From the NCBI GenBank assembly GCA_951406725.2, contig OX597814.1:70184001-70248000 (forward strand): a stretch of 64,000 bases of DNA. The letters are read 5' to 3'. The notes below the pieces were generated by a model that saw nothing but the letters and a program-made list of their open reading frames with translations, was not told the origin of the DNA and made no database searches. This DNA comes from Octopus vulgaris. Taxonomy: Eukaryota. Shown here piece by piece: positions 49,206 to 60,222 of this stretch; position 1 is the first letter of the stretch; each line of letters begins with the position of its first letter. The translations under genes and the position numbers were made by a program.

Positions 49206-49356
49206 TTTTCTCTCCATCCTTGTTTACTAAGTTCTCATTACTCAGCAGGAGTATGCATCCTGCTGAGTAATGAAAACTTGGTAAACAAGCATGCTGAGAA
49301 AATTCCAAGATGTCCCCACTGTGCTAAATATGCATTTTCAAGATTAGGCACTGTGA

Positions 49357-49399
<43 letters not shown>

Positions 49400-49510
49400 T
49401 TTCAGGGTGTTTTCCCCCTCCCCTTTTTTTCCATCCTACCTAAGTGTCCATTTGTAGTGGTGTATATTTTTTCTTTCTCTCTCTATATATATGTTTGTCT
49501 GGCTGTACCC

Positions 49511-49587
<77 letters not shown>

Positions 49588-50423
49588 AATGTAATCTCTA
49601 GACCCAGCACTGTCAAATAATAGTATTGCAAATAATAACTAATAATGATTCAGTAAATTCCCAGTCAGATTGTGCTTGTCTCCTTATTTATATGTATGGG
49701 TGTCCACCCACATGTGTACAGTTCATGAAAGTATCTACTTTTTTGTGTAGATATATATATATATTTGTATTTATGCATGTGTGCATATGGATGCATACGT
49801 ATATCTGCATGAGTGTATTTGTAGGTATATATTCATATGTGTATTTGTATCTACACACAAGTGCATGTGTATGTGAATGAGAGACTATCAGTGTACATAT
49901 ATTAATGTACGCATATATCTATGCACATATATATTAATATATGTGTGTGTGCCTATGCTTTTATGTGTATGTATGCACATGAGTGTGTGGGTGAAAATAT
50001 AAAGATATATATATATATATATATATATATATGGATGGATGTATAAATATATATATGTGTGTGTGTATAGGTGCTTGTTTGTGTATATATGTGTACCTCT
50101 TTCACAGGTTTCCTCCTGGGTCTGCCTCTTCCACAGGTTCACTCCACTGTTAGGGTGTGACACTTTTTCACACAGCTGTCCTCATCCATGTGCAACACAT
50201 GACCATAACCATATCTATGTATGAATGTGTATATGTGTGGATATATATATATATATATATATAAATTAGGAAAAAACCACCTTTTATCAATTCAAAATGA
50301 AAAATTAAATTGCACCATCTAGAAAATTACATATAATAGAAATATTAAATATAAGATAAAAATACTAAACCAATGATTAAGTAATGTGCAAAATAATAAA
50401 TAAAATGTATATATTTGGTAGAA

Positions 50424-50527
50424 TAACGACACGTGTTTCGTGGCTATAATTAAGAAATGATTATCATAAAAATATTAGTAGTAGTAGTAAAATCACTTCG
50501 ATATAAATATAGCCACTCATCAGGTTA
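50424..50527 (-). ncRNA. Type I hammerhead ribozyme, Penelope/retrozyme-type, complete core
   Basis: Minus strand reads UAAC-CUGAUGA-GUGGCUAUA...UAUAGCCAC-GAAAC-ACGU-GUC-GUUA. Stems I and II pair, loop 3 is palindromic, and predicted cleavage is between 50428 and 50427. Confidence 0.85.
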
Positions 50528-50663
50528 AAAATAACTACAATAATAAAATAATTAATTAATAAATATACGTAAATAATCTTTTAAAATATAGATATATTCT
50601 TTAAAATATATATATATAAGATACTAAATATACATTAAGTGAAAACTAAATACAACACTTTAA

Positions 50664-51738
50664 CCCTTTCGTTACCAAACCTCCCAAAGCCGCCCGAAAA
50701 AAATTTTGGTTTATGAGACCAAACCGCCCAAAGCCGCCCGAATTTACCTATTCATATTTAAATGAGAATATCAGAGCAAATCTCTTCAGTACATTCGTGA
50801 AAACACGTATTATACTTCGTAAACAGTTCAACTACAGTTTTGTACAATAATCGAAGTGTAATTTTAATTCCGTGAATTTTGGGAGATTTTTTTCCGAAAT
50901 TTGTTCCTATTGTGTTTTCAAAATTTGTAATTCTGACAAAAAATGGATACGAATTTCATTATATCAAGCAGCGAGTCAGAATTCGAAGGATTTTCTACTG
51001 AAGACCTTCATAAATCTAACTCTATGACTGAAAAAAAAAAAACATGTGGTATTTGATAATGAATCTGATGTTTCATTTTCCGAAAGTGAAAACAGTGAAT
51101 CTGAGATCTCCAATGGCGATAAAGAAAATGAATTGGCACCTGAATGGAGTGAAAATTTAAAAACTGTTTCTTTCAGTGATTTTTCTGAAGAAACTGGACC
51201 AAGCCACAGACTTTCCCAGAAGAGTAAAGCCTTAAACTATTTCTTTTTACTTTTTCGAATGAGCCTATTTGAAATCATTACGGTGAAAACGAACCGTTAC
51301 GCTAAACGTAAACAAAGCGAAAGAAACGATAGTTTGTTATTTCCCACAACCTTAAATGAAATTAAGGCCTATTTTGCCATAAATATTATTATGGGTATCA
51401 GAAAGTTACCCAGAATAACAAATTCTATCGTAAAATTTTGTTGTATACCCAATTGAATATTAGCTAATAACCCATTTTCTATAGCGATGTTTGAACAAAA
51501 TTTTAATAATTTTATATTTTGTGGAATTTACCTGTATCTACCTGCAATTAGAGTCACTTTGTGACAAAAATTATAGTATAGAATTGGTTGAGAATATTTC
51601 ATTAAATTATCTTCCAAAAATCAGATTAATATATCGATAAATAAAAAAGTTATAGTTGTTTAATGAAACCAGACTAAATTTATGATTACGTTAGAAATTA
51701 ATTGAAACACATAAGGGGTGTAATTTGGTCAGAAAGGG
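50664..51738 (+). mobile_element. piggyBac-derived non-autonomous element
   Basis: TTAA at 50660-63 and 51739-42. Left TIR CCCTTTCGTTAC; the right TIR is partly deleted. ORF 51046-51456 is the transposase N-terminus. Confidence 0.92.
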
Positions 51739-51989
51739 TTAAGCTATATACATTAAATCAGATTATTAATTAATATATTTATTTAATAAACATCCAAATA
51801 CAGGCTAATACCCATTAAGCAATTAATACTAAAACCTTAAAATTAATTAATATACACAATGCTAGTACAAGCCATAAATACTGGAATCAAAATAAGAAAT
51901 GTTTCAAATATAGATATCTATTTTAAAGAATATATTTATATTTTAAAAGATTATTTACGTATATTTATTAATTAATTATTTTATTATTG

Positions 51990-54900
51990 ATAACCTTAAG
52001 GTTATCATTTCATTATTTCATTCTCTCTAAATTTGTTTAACCATAGCTTACAAGTACTGAAGATGATGCTCTAGTCTAAACTTGCCCAAATTCCCTAAGA
52101 ATAGTCTTCTACCTCGTGTTGTATTTATTACTTACTTACTTTAACACCTGACCATCTAACTCTGACCCCCCTCTCTCTCTGCCTCACTGTCTCTTCGATT
52201 TACCACTGCTGTTTCATTAAATTATGTTACCCAAAATCCCAAAAGTAGTTTTCAATTCTATCTCACGATTTCAGCATTTGCTGTTTCATTAATTTATGTT
52301 TACACAAAATCCCTAAGAATATTCTTCCTCTTCATATTGTATTTACTGCCTGACCACCCAACTCTGACCTCTCTTTCTATGCACACTGTCTCTCTCTTCG
52401 ATTTACCACTGCTATTTCATTAAATTATGTTTCCCAAAATCTCAAAAATACTTTTCAATTCCATCTCATGATTTCGGCATTTGCTGTTTCATTAATTTTT
52501 GTTACAGAGAATCCCTAAGAATATTCTTCTTCTTCCTCATGTTGTCCCCCCCTCTCTCTCTCTCTCTCTCTTTCTCGCTCTCTCTTCGATTTACCACCTA
52601 ATACACCAACAGTCCCCCCCACTAACCCCAACTCTATATAAACTAGTGTATGCTCTGTTTTTTCCCCTACTCGATTTTCATTTCCTCTGCTGATAAAATA
52701 TGGATTTCAGAAGATGACCAGTTAAGGAAAATTTTGACTTTACAACCTCGTTCATGTACTCCTGTTAATGTATAAATCGTAACCCTAACCACCACCCCCA
52801 TTCGTTCTCTATTATCTATCTATTTCTCTATCATGTAAACATAGTTCCAATAGCTTCACCTTCCTTGTTTCTCTTAAGATCATACTTATCTGTTAATCAT
52901 TATATTTTATTTTTATTTTATTACAGGTTATTATTTCATTATTTCATTCTCTCTAAATTTGTTTATCCATAGCTTACATGTGCAGAAGACGATGCTCTAG
53001 TCTAAACTTGCTGTTTCGAAGTACACCCACCCTCCCACCCCCTCTACCTTAACAGGAAGTTACTAACCTATGTCTTCCTTGTGTACCTCCTGCAAACACT
53101 TCTAAGGGCCAAATGCCACCCACACCCCTATGTAGGGTTTATTTGATCATATAGCACAAAAAACGGTGTAGTGTATGTAGGTTGTAGTCTAGTGTTTCTT
53201 TATGAATTCTGCCAAATGCAAGCTTTCTTTTCAGGTACATAACACTGCTGTCCCTCATCCCAGGGTCTCACAGGCTCACACCTCCCACACCCTTAGAGTT
53301 GGCACACTGAAAGGTAGGTCTGGTGAGATTGTTGAGATGCTTGAACTATTGTTGAGATGCTTGTGCCGCATCCAAGAAGTAAGGTGGAGAGGAGGTTCCG
53401 CTAGGTTCCTCACAGGCAAAGAACACAGGTACAAGATTTTCTGGGCAGGGAACACTGACGGGGTCAGGAGCGTGGGTATACCTCTTGTGGAGAAATGGGT
53501 AGATAAGGTAATCGAGGTAGTCAGAGTATGTGACAGAGTACTTAAGATTAGATTAGTGCTTCACCATAGGTCAGCTACCATTATCTCGGCCTATGCCCTT
53601 CAACCGGGGCTACCGGAAGGGCAGAAAGACTGATTCTATGACACCCTGTTGCAGATTACCTCATTGACAGATGACAGGGACCTTCTCTTTGTGGCTGGTG
53701 ACATCAATGGATATATATGTCGGGGGCTTCCATGGCATACAGTTTTGGTTCTCGCAATGAGGAGGGAACCAGGCTGCTGGAGTTCTGTGATGCAAATGAT
53801 CTTATGGTTTGCAATGCCAACTTCAGGAAACCCACCTCTCACCTAGTCACCTACCGTCCTGGCAGACACACTAGCCAAATTGACTACATCCTCGTCAGAA
53901 AAAGAGAAAGAGGGTTGCTTATAAATGCCAAAACCTTCCCAGGCGAAGAATGTATCCCTCAACGTAGATTAGTAGTTGGCAACTTCAGGATCAGGGCTGA
54001 ATGAATGCCCAGAAAAAGACTAGCTTGGAGGAGAAGGGTCTGGAAGCTTAAAGATCCTGCAAATGGACAGAGATTTAGAGACGTATTACTCGAAGCCTTC
54101 GATGAAATAGGAGGGGATATACCATCACATAATGTGGAAGACAACTGAAAGTTCCTACGGAACAACCCGCTAAAGGCCACCGACCAGATCTGTGGATGGT
54201 GCAAAGTCCCCTCTCAACCCAAAATAACGTGGTGGTGGAACAATGTGGTTGACAGGGCTATTAGACAAAAGAAACAGGCTTGGAAGGACTGGAAGAACGG
54301 TGGTAGCAGGGAAGTGTATCAGACTGCCAAAAGGGAAGCTAGGAGGCAGGTTTATTTAGTCAGAGAGGAAGCAGATAAGAAAAAAAATTTGCCAATGTTT
54401 TGTGCCGTGAGGACGAAAGACTTAAGGTATTTCATGTTGCAAGACAGTGTGTGAGAGAGAATCGTGGTGTGATAGGAGAGAAATGTGTTCGCATGGATGA
54501 TGGTTCACTTGCACTAAATAAGGATGCAAAGAGAGAGGTGTGGAGACACCACTATGAAAAGTTGCTCAATAAAGAGAAGGAATGGGAGAAAGAGAGTCTG
54601 CTGAATGTCGACCCAACAGAGGGACCAGCTATCCGAGTTGACAGTACCTCGGTAGATAAAGCAATTAGAAGTATGAAGACAGGGAAAGCCCCAAGCCCAT
54701 CAGGAATTACTGCAGAGATGCTCAAAATATCTGGCAGCGTTGGCTATAGCCTAGTCACCCATATAGTTAACCAGGTGATACACAAAGGAGTCATACCCAA
54801 TGACTGGTGTAGCAGCATAATAGTCAACTGCTACAAAGGTAAAGGTGACGCTTTAGATACAAATAATTACAGAGGTATCAAGTTGCTGGACCAAGTAATG

Positions 54901-56674
54901 GAGGTTACAGAGCGGGTCATAGCCCAACTAATTAGAGAGAGAGTCAGTTTAGATGAGATGCAGTTTGGATTCGTGCTAGGGAAAAGCACCACTGATGTTA
55001 TATTCTTGGTAAGACAGCTGCAAGAGAAATACCTAGCGAAAGATAAACCTCTGTACCTGGCTTTCGTTGACATGGAGAAAGCCTTTGACAGGGTCCCCCG
55101 ATCCCTTATCTAGTGGTCAATGAGGAAACTAGGGATAGATGAATGGTTAGTGAAAGCTGTGCGAACCATGTACAGGGACACTGTAAGTAAGGTGAGGGTT
55201 GGCAATGAGTACAGTGAAGAATTCCGGGTAGAGGTAGGGGTCCACCAAGGTTCAGTCCTCAGCCCCCTCCTATTTATCATAGTTCGCCAGGCAATAACAG
55301 AGGAATTCAAGACAGGATGCCCCTGGGAGCTCCTCTATGCTGATGACCTTGCTCTAATTGCTGAGTCACTATCAGAACTGGAGGAGAAGTTCCAGGTGTG
55401 GAAACAAGGATTAGAATCGAGGAGCCTTATAGTCAACCTAGCTAAAACCAAAGTACTAATAAGTAGGAAGGTAGACAAATCACAAACGCCTTCAGGTAGA
55501 TGGCCCTGCTCGATCTGTAGAAAAGGGGTAGGTAGAAACTCTATAAGATGTACCCAGTGTAAGCTATGGACACATAAGAGGTGCAGCAATGTCAAAGGAA
55601 GGTTAACTAGGAAGATAGTTTTTGTATGTGGCAGATTCTCAGGAATAATAAACACTGAAAATGTGCAGAGAACAAATTCCTCCACATTCCAGGGAGAAAA
55701 ACTAGAAGTAGTTGATAACTTCCGTTACCTAGGTGACCAAGTCAGTAGCAGAGGCGGGTGTGCTGAAAGTGTAACTGCTAGAGTAAGAATAGCCTTGGCA
55801 AAGTTCAGAGAGCTCTTACCTCTGCTGGTGACAAAAGGCCTCTCGCTCAGAGTAAAAGGCAGATTGTATGATGCATGAGTACGAACAGCCATGCTACATG
55901 GCAGTGAAACATGGGCCGTGACTGCTGAGGATATGCGTAAGCTTGCAAGAAATGAAGCCAGTATGCTCCAATGGATGTGTAATGTCAGTGTGCATACTCG
56001 ACAGAGTGTAAGTACCTTGAGAGAAAAGTTGGACCTAAGAAGCATCAGTTGTGGTGTGCAAGAGAGACGTCTACGCTGGTATGGTCATGTGGCAAGAATG
56101 GATGAAGATAGTTGTGTGAAAAATGGCACACCCTAGCGGTTGAAGGAACCTGTGGAAGAGGTAGACCCAGGAAAACCTGGGACGAGGTGGTGAAGCACGA
56201 CCCTCGAACATTAAGTCTCACCGAGGAAATGACTAGTGACCGAGACCTTTGGAAGTATGCTGTGTGTGAGAAGACCCAGCAGGAGACCATAACCCGTGGC
56301 CTCTGCCTAGGATGTAGCCAGTCCACTTATGCATACCTTTCCTTCTTGGGACACAAAACTCTGCTTGCACAGACCTGTTGAGGCAAGTGAAATCGAAATT
56401 GATCAAAAATCAATGGAAATTGTAGTTGTGATACCATTGCTGGTGGCACGTAAAAGATACCATCTGAACCTGGCTGTTGCCTGGCACCTGTGCCAGTGAC
56501 ACGTAAAAAGCACCCACTACACTCATGGAGTGGTTGGCGTTAGGAAGGGCATCCACTGTAGAAACACTGCCAGATCAGACTGGGCCTGGTGCAGCCTCCT
56601 GGCTTCCCAGACCCCAGTCGAACTCTCCAACCCATGCTAGCATGGAAAGCAGATGTTAAACGATGATGATGATG
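51990..56674 (+). mobile_element. Full-length RTE LINE with 7-bp TSD; ORF about 53202-56290 is disrupted
   Basis: ATTATTG at 51983-89 and 56675-81. APE, RT and PHD motifs across ORFs 53202-56381. About 1.2-kb 5' UTR with tandem repeats, (GAT)n tail. Confidence 0.96.
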
Positions 56675-56691
56675 ATTATTGTAGTTATTTT

Positions 56692-56793
56692 TAACCTGAT
56701 GAGTGGCTATATTTATATCAAAGTGATTTTACAACTGCTACTAATATTTTTACTATAATCATTTCTTAAATATAGCCACGAAAGACGTCGTTA
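56692..56793 (+). ncRNA. Hammerhead ribozyme, second copy, damaged stem III
   Basis: UAAC-CUGAUGA-GUGGCUAUAUUUA...UAAAUAUAGCCAC-GAAA-GACGUC-GUUA. Stem II is 13 perfect bp, and stem/loop III is 2 nt shorter than in copy 1. Confidence 0.7.
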
Positions 56794-57023
56794 TTCTACC
56801 AAATATATACATTTTATTTATTATTTTGCACATTACTTAATCATTGGTTTATTTAATATTTCTATTATATGTAATTTTCTAGATTGTGTAATTTAATTTT
56901 TCATTTTGAATTGATAAAAGGTGGTTTTTTCTAATTTATATATATATATTATATTTTGTGAAATTTGATTTAGTATTTCTAAATTGAATTTTTCCTTGTA
57001 AGTTAGGAATAATATTCCCTCAA

Positions 57024-57056
<33 letters not shown>

Positions 57057-57062
57057 TATATA

Positions 57063-58352
57063 CAGGGTGAGGAAGCAAAATTTACAATATTTTGAGGCAG
57101 GGATTGAAAGACAGTGTATGACCAATTATTTTATTGAAAGTTATGAGAATTTATTTGCCACAAGAAAATTTACATAATAGAAAATGTTTTTATTCTATGT
57201 GTCCTCCTTCTTTCTCAATAACTGCCTTCACACGCTTCCTGAAACTTGTACAAGTGTTCCTCAAATATTCGGGAGACGACTTCTCCCATTCTTCTGTAAT
57301 AGTATCTTTAAGAGAGTCGACATTGCTGTGTGATGTTCTATTGGTAGCATGTTCTAAAACGCCCCAAATAGCATAATCCAGGGGGTTTAGATCTGGGCTA
57401 CAAGGCGGCCATAAACATGATTCCCAAAAATCGCTAAAGTTGGATTTTCAGAAATCTTGTATCTTTCTGGCTGTGTGGGCTGGAGCACCATCCTGTGTCC
57501 ATACATAATTACCATCTGGGTAGTTTGCTTTAGGCCATGACAATACCTGGTATCTCAGAGTCTTGTAGTAAGTATTAACATTTATCTTTTCATCAGCTTT
57601 GTAGAATTTTATAGGCATTTTCTTTCCATCGGAAGCCACAACACCAAAAGCCATAACTTGTGCAGGATGTTTTGTTTTGAATGTCCCCTTAACCTCAGCT
57701 GTTGATTTTGCAATAAATCTGTCATTTCTGCAGTTCAGAACAGCATCGACAGTGAAGATCTTTTCATCTGAAAAGATTGTTATAATGGAGGACATTTTCT
57801 TGAACCATGTAATAATTTTCTTGCACCTCTCCAATCTCTTTTCCTTCATAGCTGTTGTCAACAAATGTTTTGGTGTTCTTGTGTAAGATTTTAACCTCAA
57901 ATCATATTTTACTGCATTTCTAATGGTCTTCTTGTCTACCTCAAGTTCAATTGCCATTTTTCTCATGGATTTGGTTGGATCCTGTAGGATTTTGGATTTG
58001 AGAGCTTTAATAAAGGCTTTGGTACGTTTTTTGTTGATTCCTCCACTTCCAGACTTCCTCGTAATAGTTTTGCTCATAGTCAAAATATTCTTTACATTAT
58101 AAACAGTCTTTATGGACACTCCAACTATCCTTGAAATCTCCTTTCGTGTGACGAGTGCATTCAGCAAATCACATATTCTTTGACGTTTGCTTTCCTGATT
58201 ACTCATATGGGCAAAAGTTTCTGAAAAGGTAAGGATAATAGTGTTAGGTATGAGTATGACATCAGTATATGCTAGGTTTCAAAACAATTGACTTAGTGCC
58301 TCCTGAGAAAAAGCAACTTAATGTTCATTGTAAATTTTGCTTCCTCACCCTG
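57063..58352 (-). mobile_element. DD37D (maT) Tc1/mariner transposon; transposase 58206-57190 with one in-frame stop at 57448-50
   Basis: Perfect 26-bp TIRs CAGGGTGAGGAAGCAAAATTTACAAT in (TA)n. Motifs FSDEK, QDGAPAH and SPDLNPLDY, with 37 residues between the second and third Asp. Confidence 0.96.
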
Positions 58353-58356
58353 TATA

Positions 58357-58433
<77 letters not shown>

Positions 58434-58663
58434 TATATTTATATCAATGGGAGTGATCATGTGAGAGTCAGCACACAAAGTTGGAGATAAGTAGCGAGAA
58501 ATGTATTTGTATATACATATATGTAAGAGTGTGTATGTATACACACACTCTTCACTATATGTATATGCAAGACAAAGTGATAGGTTTACTTATGTATGTG
58601 GGTATGTGTATATACTTACAAATGCAAGAGGGCATATATATATATATATGTACACATATGTAT

Positions 58664-59372
58664 ATCATCGTTTAATGTCCGCTTCCCATGTTTATATGGG
58701 TTTGAGAACTGGCAAGCCAGGAAGCTGCACCAGGCTCCAATCTGATCTGGCAAGGTTTCTACGACTGGATACCATTCCTGACGCCAACCACGCCAAGAGT
58801 GTAGTGGATGCTTTTTATGTGCCACCAGCACAGGGGCCAGTTAGGTGGTACTGGCAGTGACCACACCTAAATGGTACTTTTTACATGCCATCAGCATGGG
58901 AGCCAGTTAGGCAGCACTGGCAATGACGACACTTGAATGGTGCTTTTTACATGCCACCAGCATGGGCACCAGTCTCGTGGGACTGGCATTGACCATGCTC
59001 AAATGGTGCTTTTTACGTGCCACCAGCACAGGTGCCAGTCAGGCAGTACTGGCATCAGTCACAACAATGATTTCACTTAAATGGGTACACTTAAATAGAA
59101 CAGTTGTGCAACACAGACAGAGGCTGTAGCAATGTTCTCACTTGGCTTGCTGGTCTTCTGAAGCACAGTGTATCTCCAAAGGTCTCAGTTGCTTGTCATT
59201 GCCTCTGTGGGGCCCAACATTCGAAGGTTGTGCTTTACTACCTCATTCCAGGCCTTACTGGTTCTACCTCTTCCACAGGTTCCCTCCACTCTTAGGGTGT
59301 GGCACTTTTTCACACAGCTGTCCTCATCCATACTCAACTTATGACCATACCAGTGCAGTTGTCTCTCTTTCA
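58664..59372 (-). mobile_element. Older 5'-truncated RTE LINE
   Basis: Family tail and 3' UTR repeats; RQLHWYGH...CGRGR. Confidence 0.88.
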
Positions 59373-59509
59373 CATGTACGTATATATAGTTGCCTGAATG
59401 TAGGTATATATACATATGTATGGGAATGTATGTATATGTGAGCGCATGTATGTGTGTATATAGGCATATATACGTAGGTTTGTATGTGTGTATATGTGAG
59501 TATATATCC

Positions 59510-59910
59510 AACCGCTGAATATTAAAGATCAGCTTAAGAAATTCACATGTGTAGCCAAACATGAAGAACCGATCAGAGATATCCCCAAATAGAAGACCAA
59601 TCCCATTTAAATGCCAACCAGTACCATTCATAGTCTGACAAATGTATTCTTGCCCACACACCATTGGCCTATCAACTGCTACTAAATTCAAACCCCAATG
59701 AGCAGAGGAGATGACCTTGAAGTCATTGAATTTAAACTAACATAGACAACACTCATATATTGCCTGAGGAAACACAACTAGATCTCATTATGCAAAGAAA
59801 CAGTAGCATACTCAAATACCTGTATTCTTGGAGAACTATGTTGTATCAAAACAATTGTAGCGAATTATAAATAAATGTCCGACTGTACTCCAATTTCTTC
59901 AATTTTATAT
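59510..59910 (+). repeat. Possible Penelope-type terminal repeat with a decayed hammerhead motif (59761-59808)
   Basis: TGC-CTGAGGA...GAAAC-A-GTA-GCA, followed by AATAAA and (TA)n. Confidence 0.35.
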
Positions 59911-60222
59911 ATACACAACACATGCATATATATATATATATATATATAAAGGCATTAAGAATCCATACAAATCAAAATTTATGGTTAGAAAAGTAAATGA
60001 AGTTGAACAAGGCACAAAATTATATTTTAGAGAATCTTTGATATTTTTGGTACAGTGAGTGATTTAAAATATAACCAGTTTTGATGTATCCATCTTATCA
60101 AATATTAAAAGGAATTTTTTGGGAAGTCAAAGAGAAAAAAATAGGAGTTTAACAGTTTGACCTATGCATAGATTTCCATAAAAATTACTTTTAACATTTG
60201 ATAAGATGGATACATTGACACT

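Larger units (their letters stand above)
50262..56940. repeat. Inverted pair of hammerhead-bearing AT-rich repeats (pLTR-like), split by piggyBac and RTE insertions
   Basis: 50262-50610 is the reverse complement of 51915-51989 plus 56682-56940. Confidence 0.85.
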
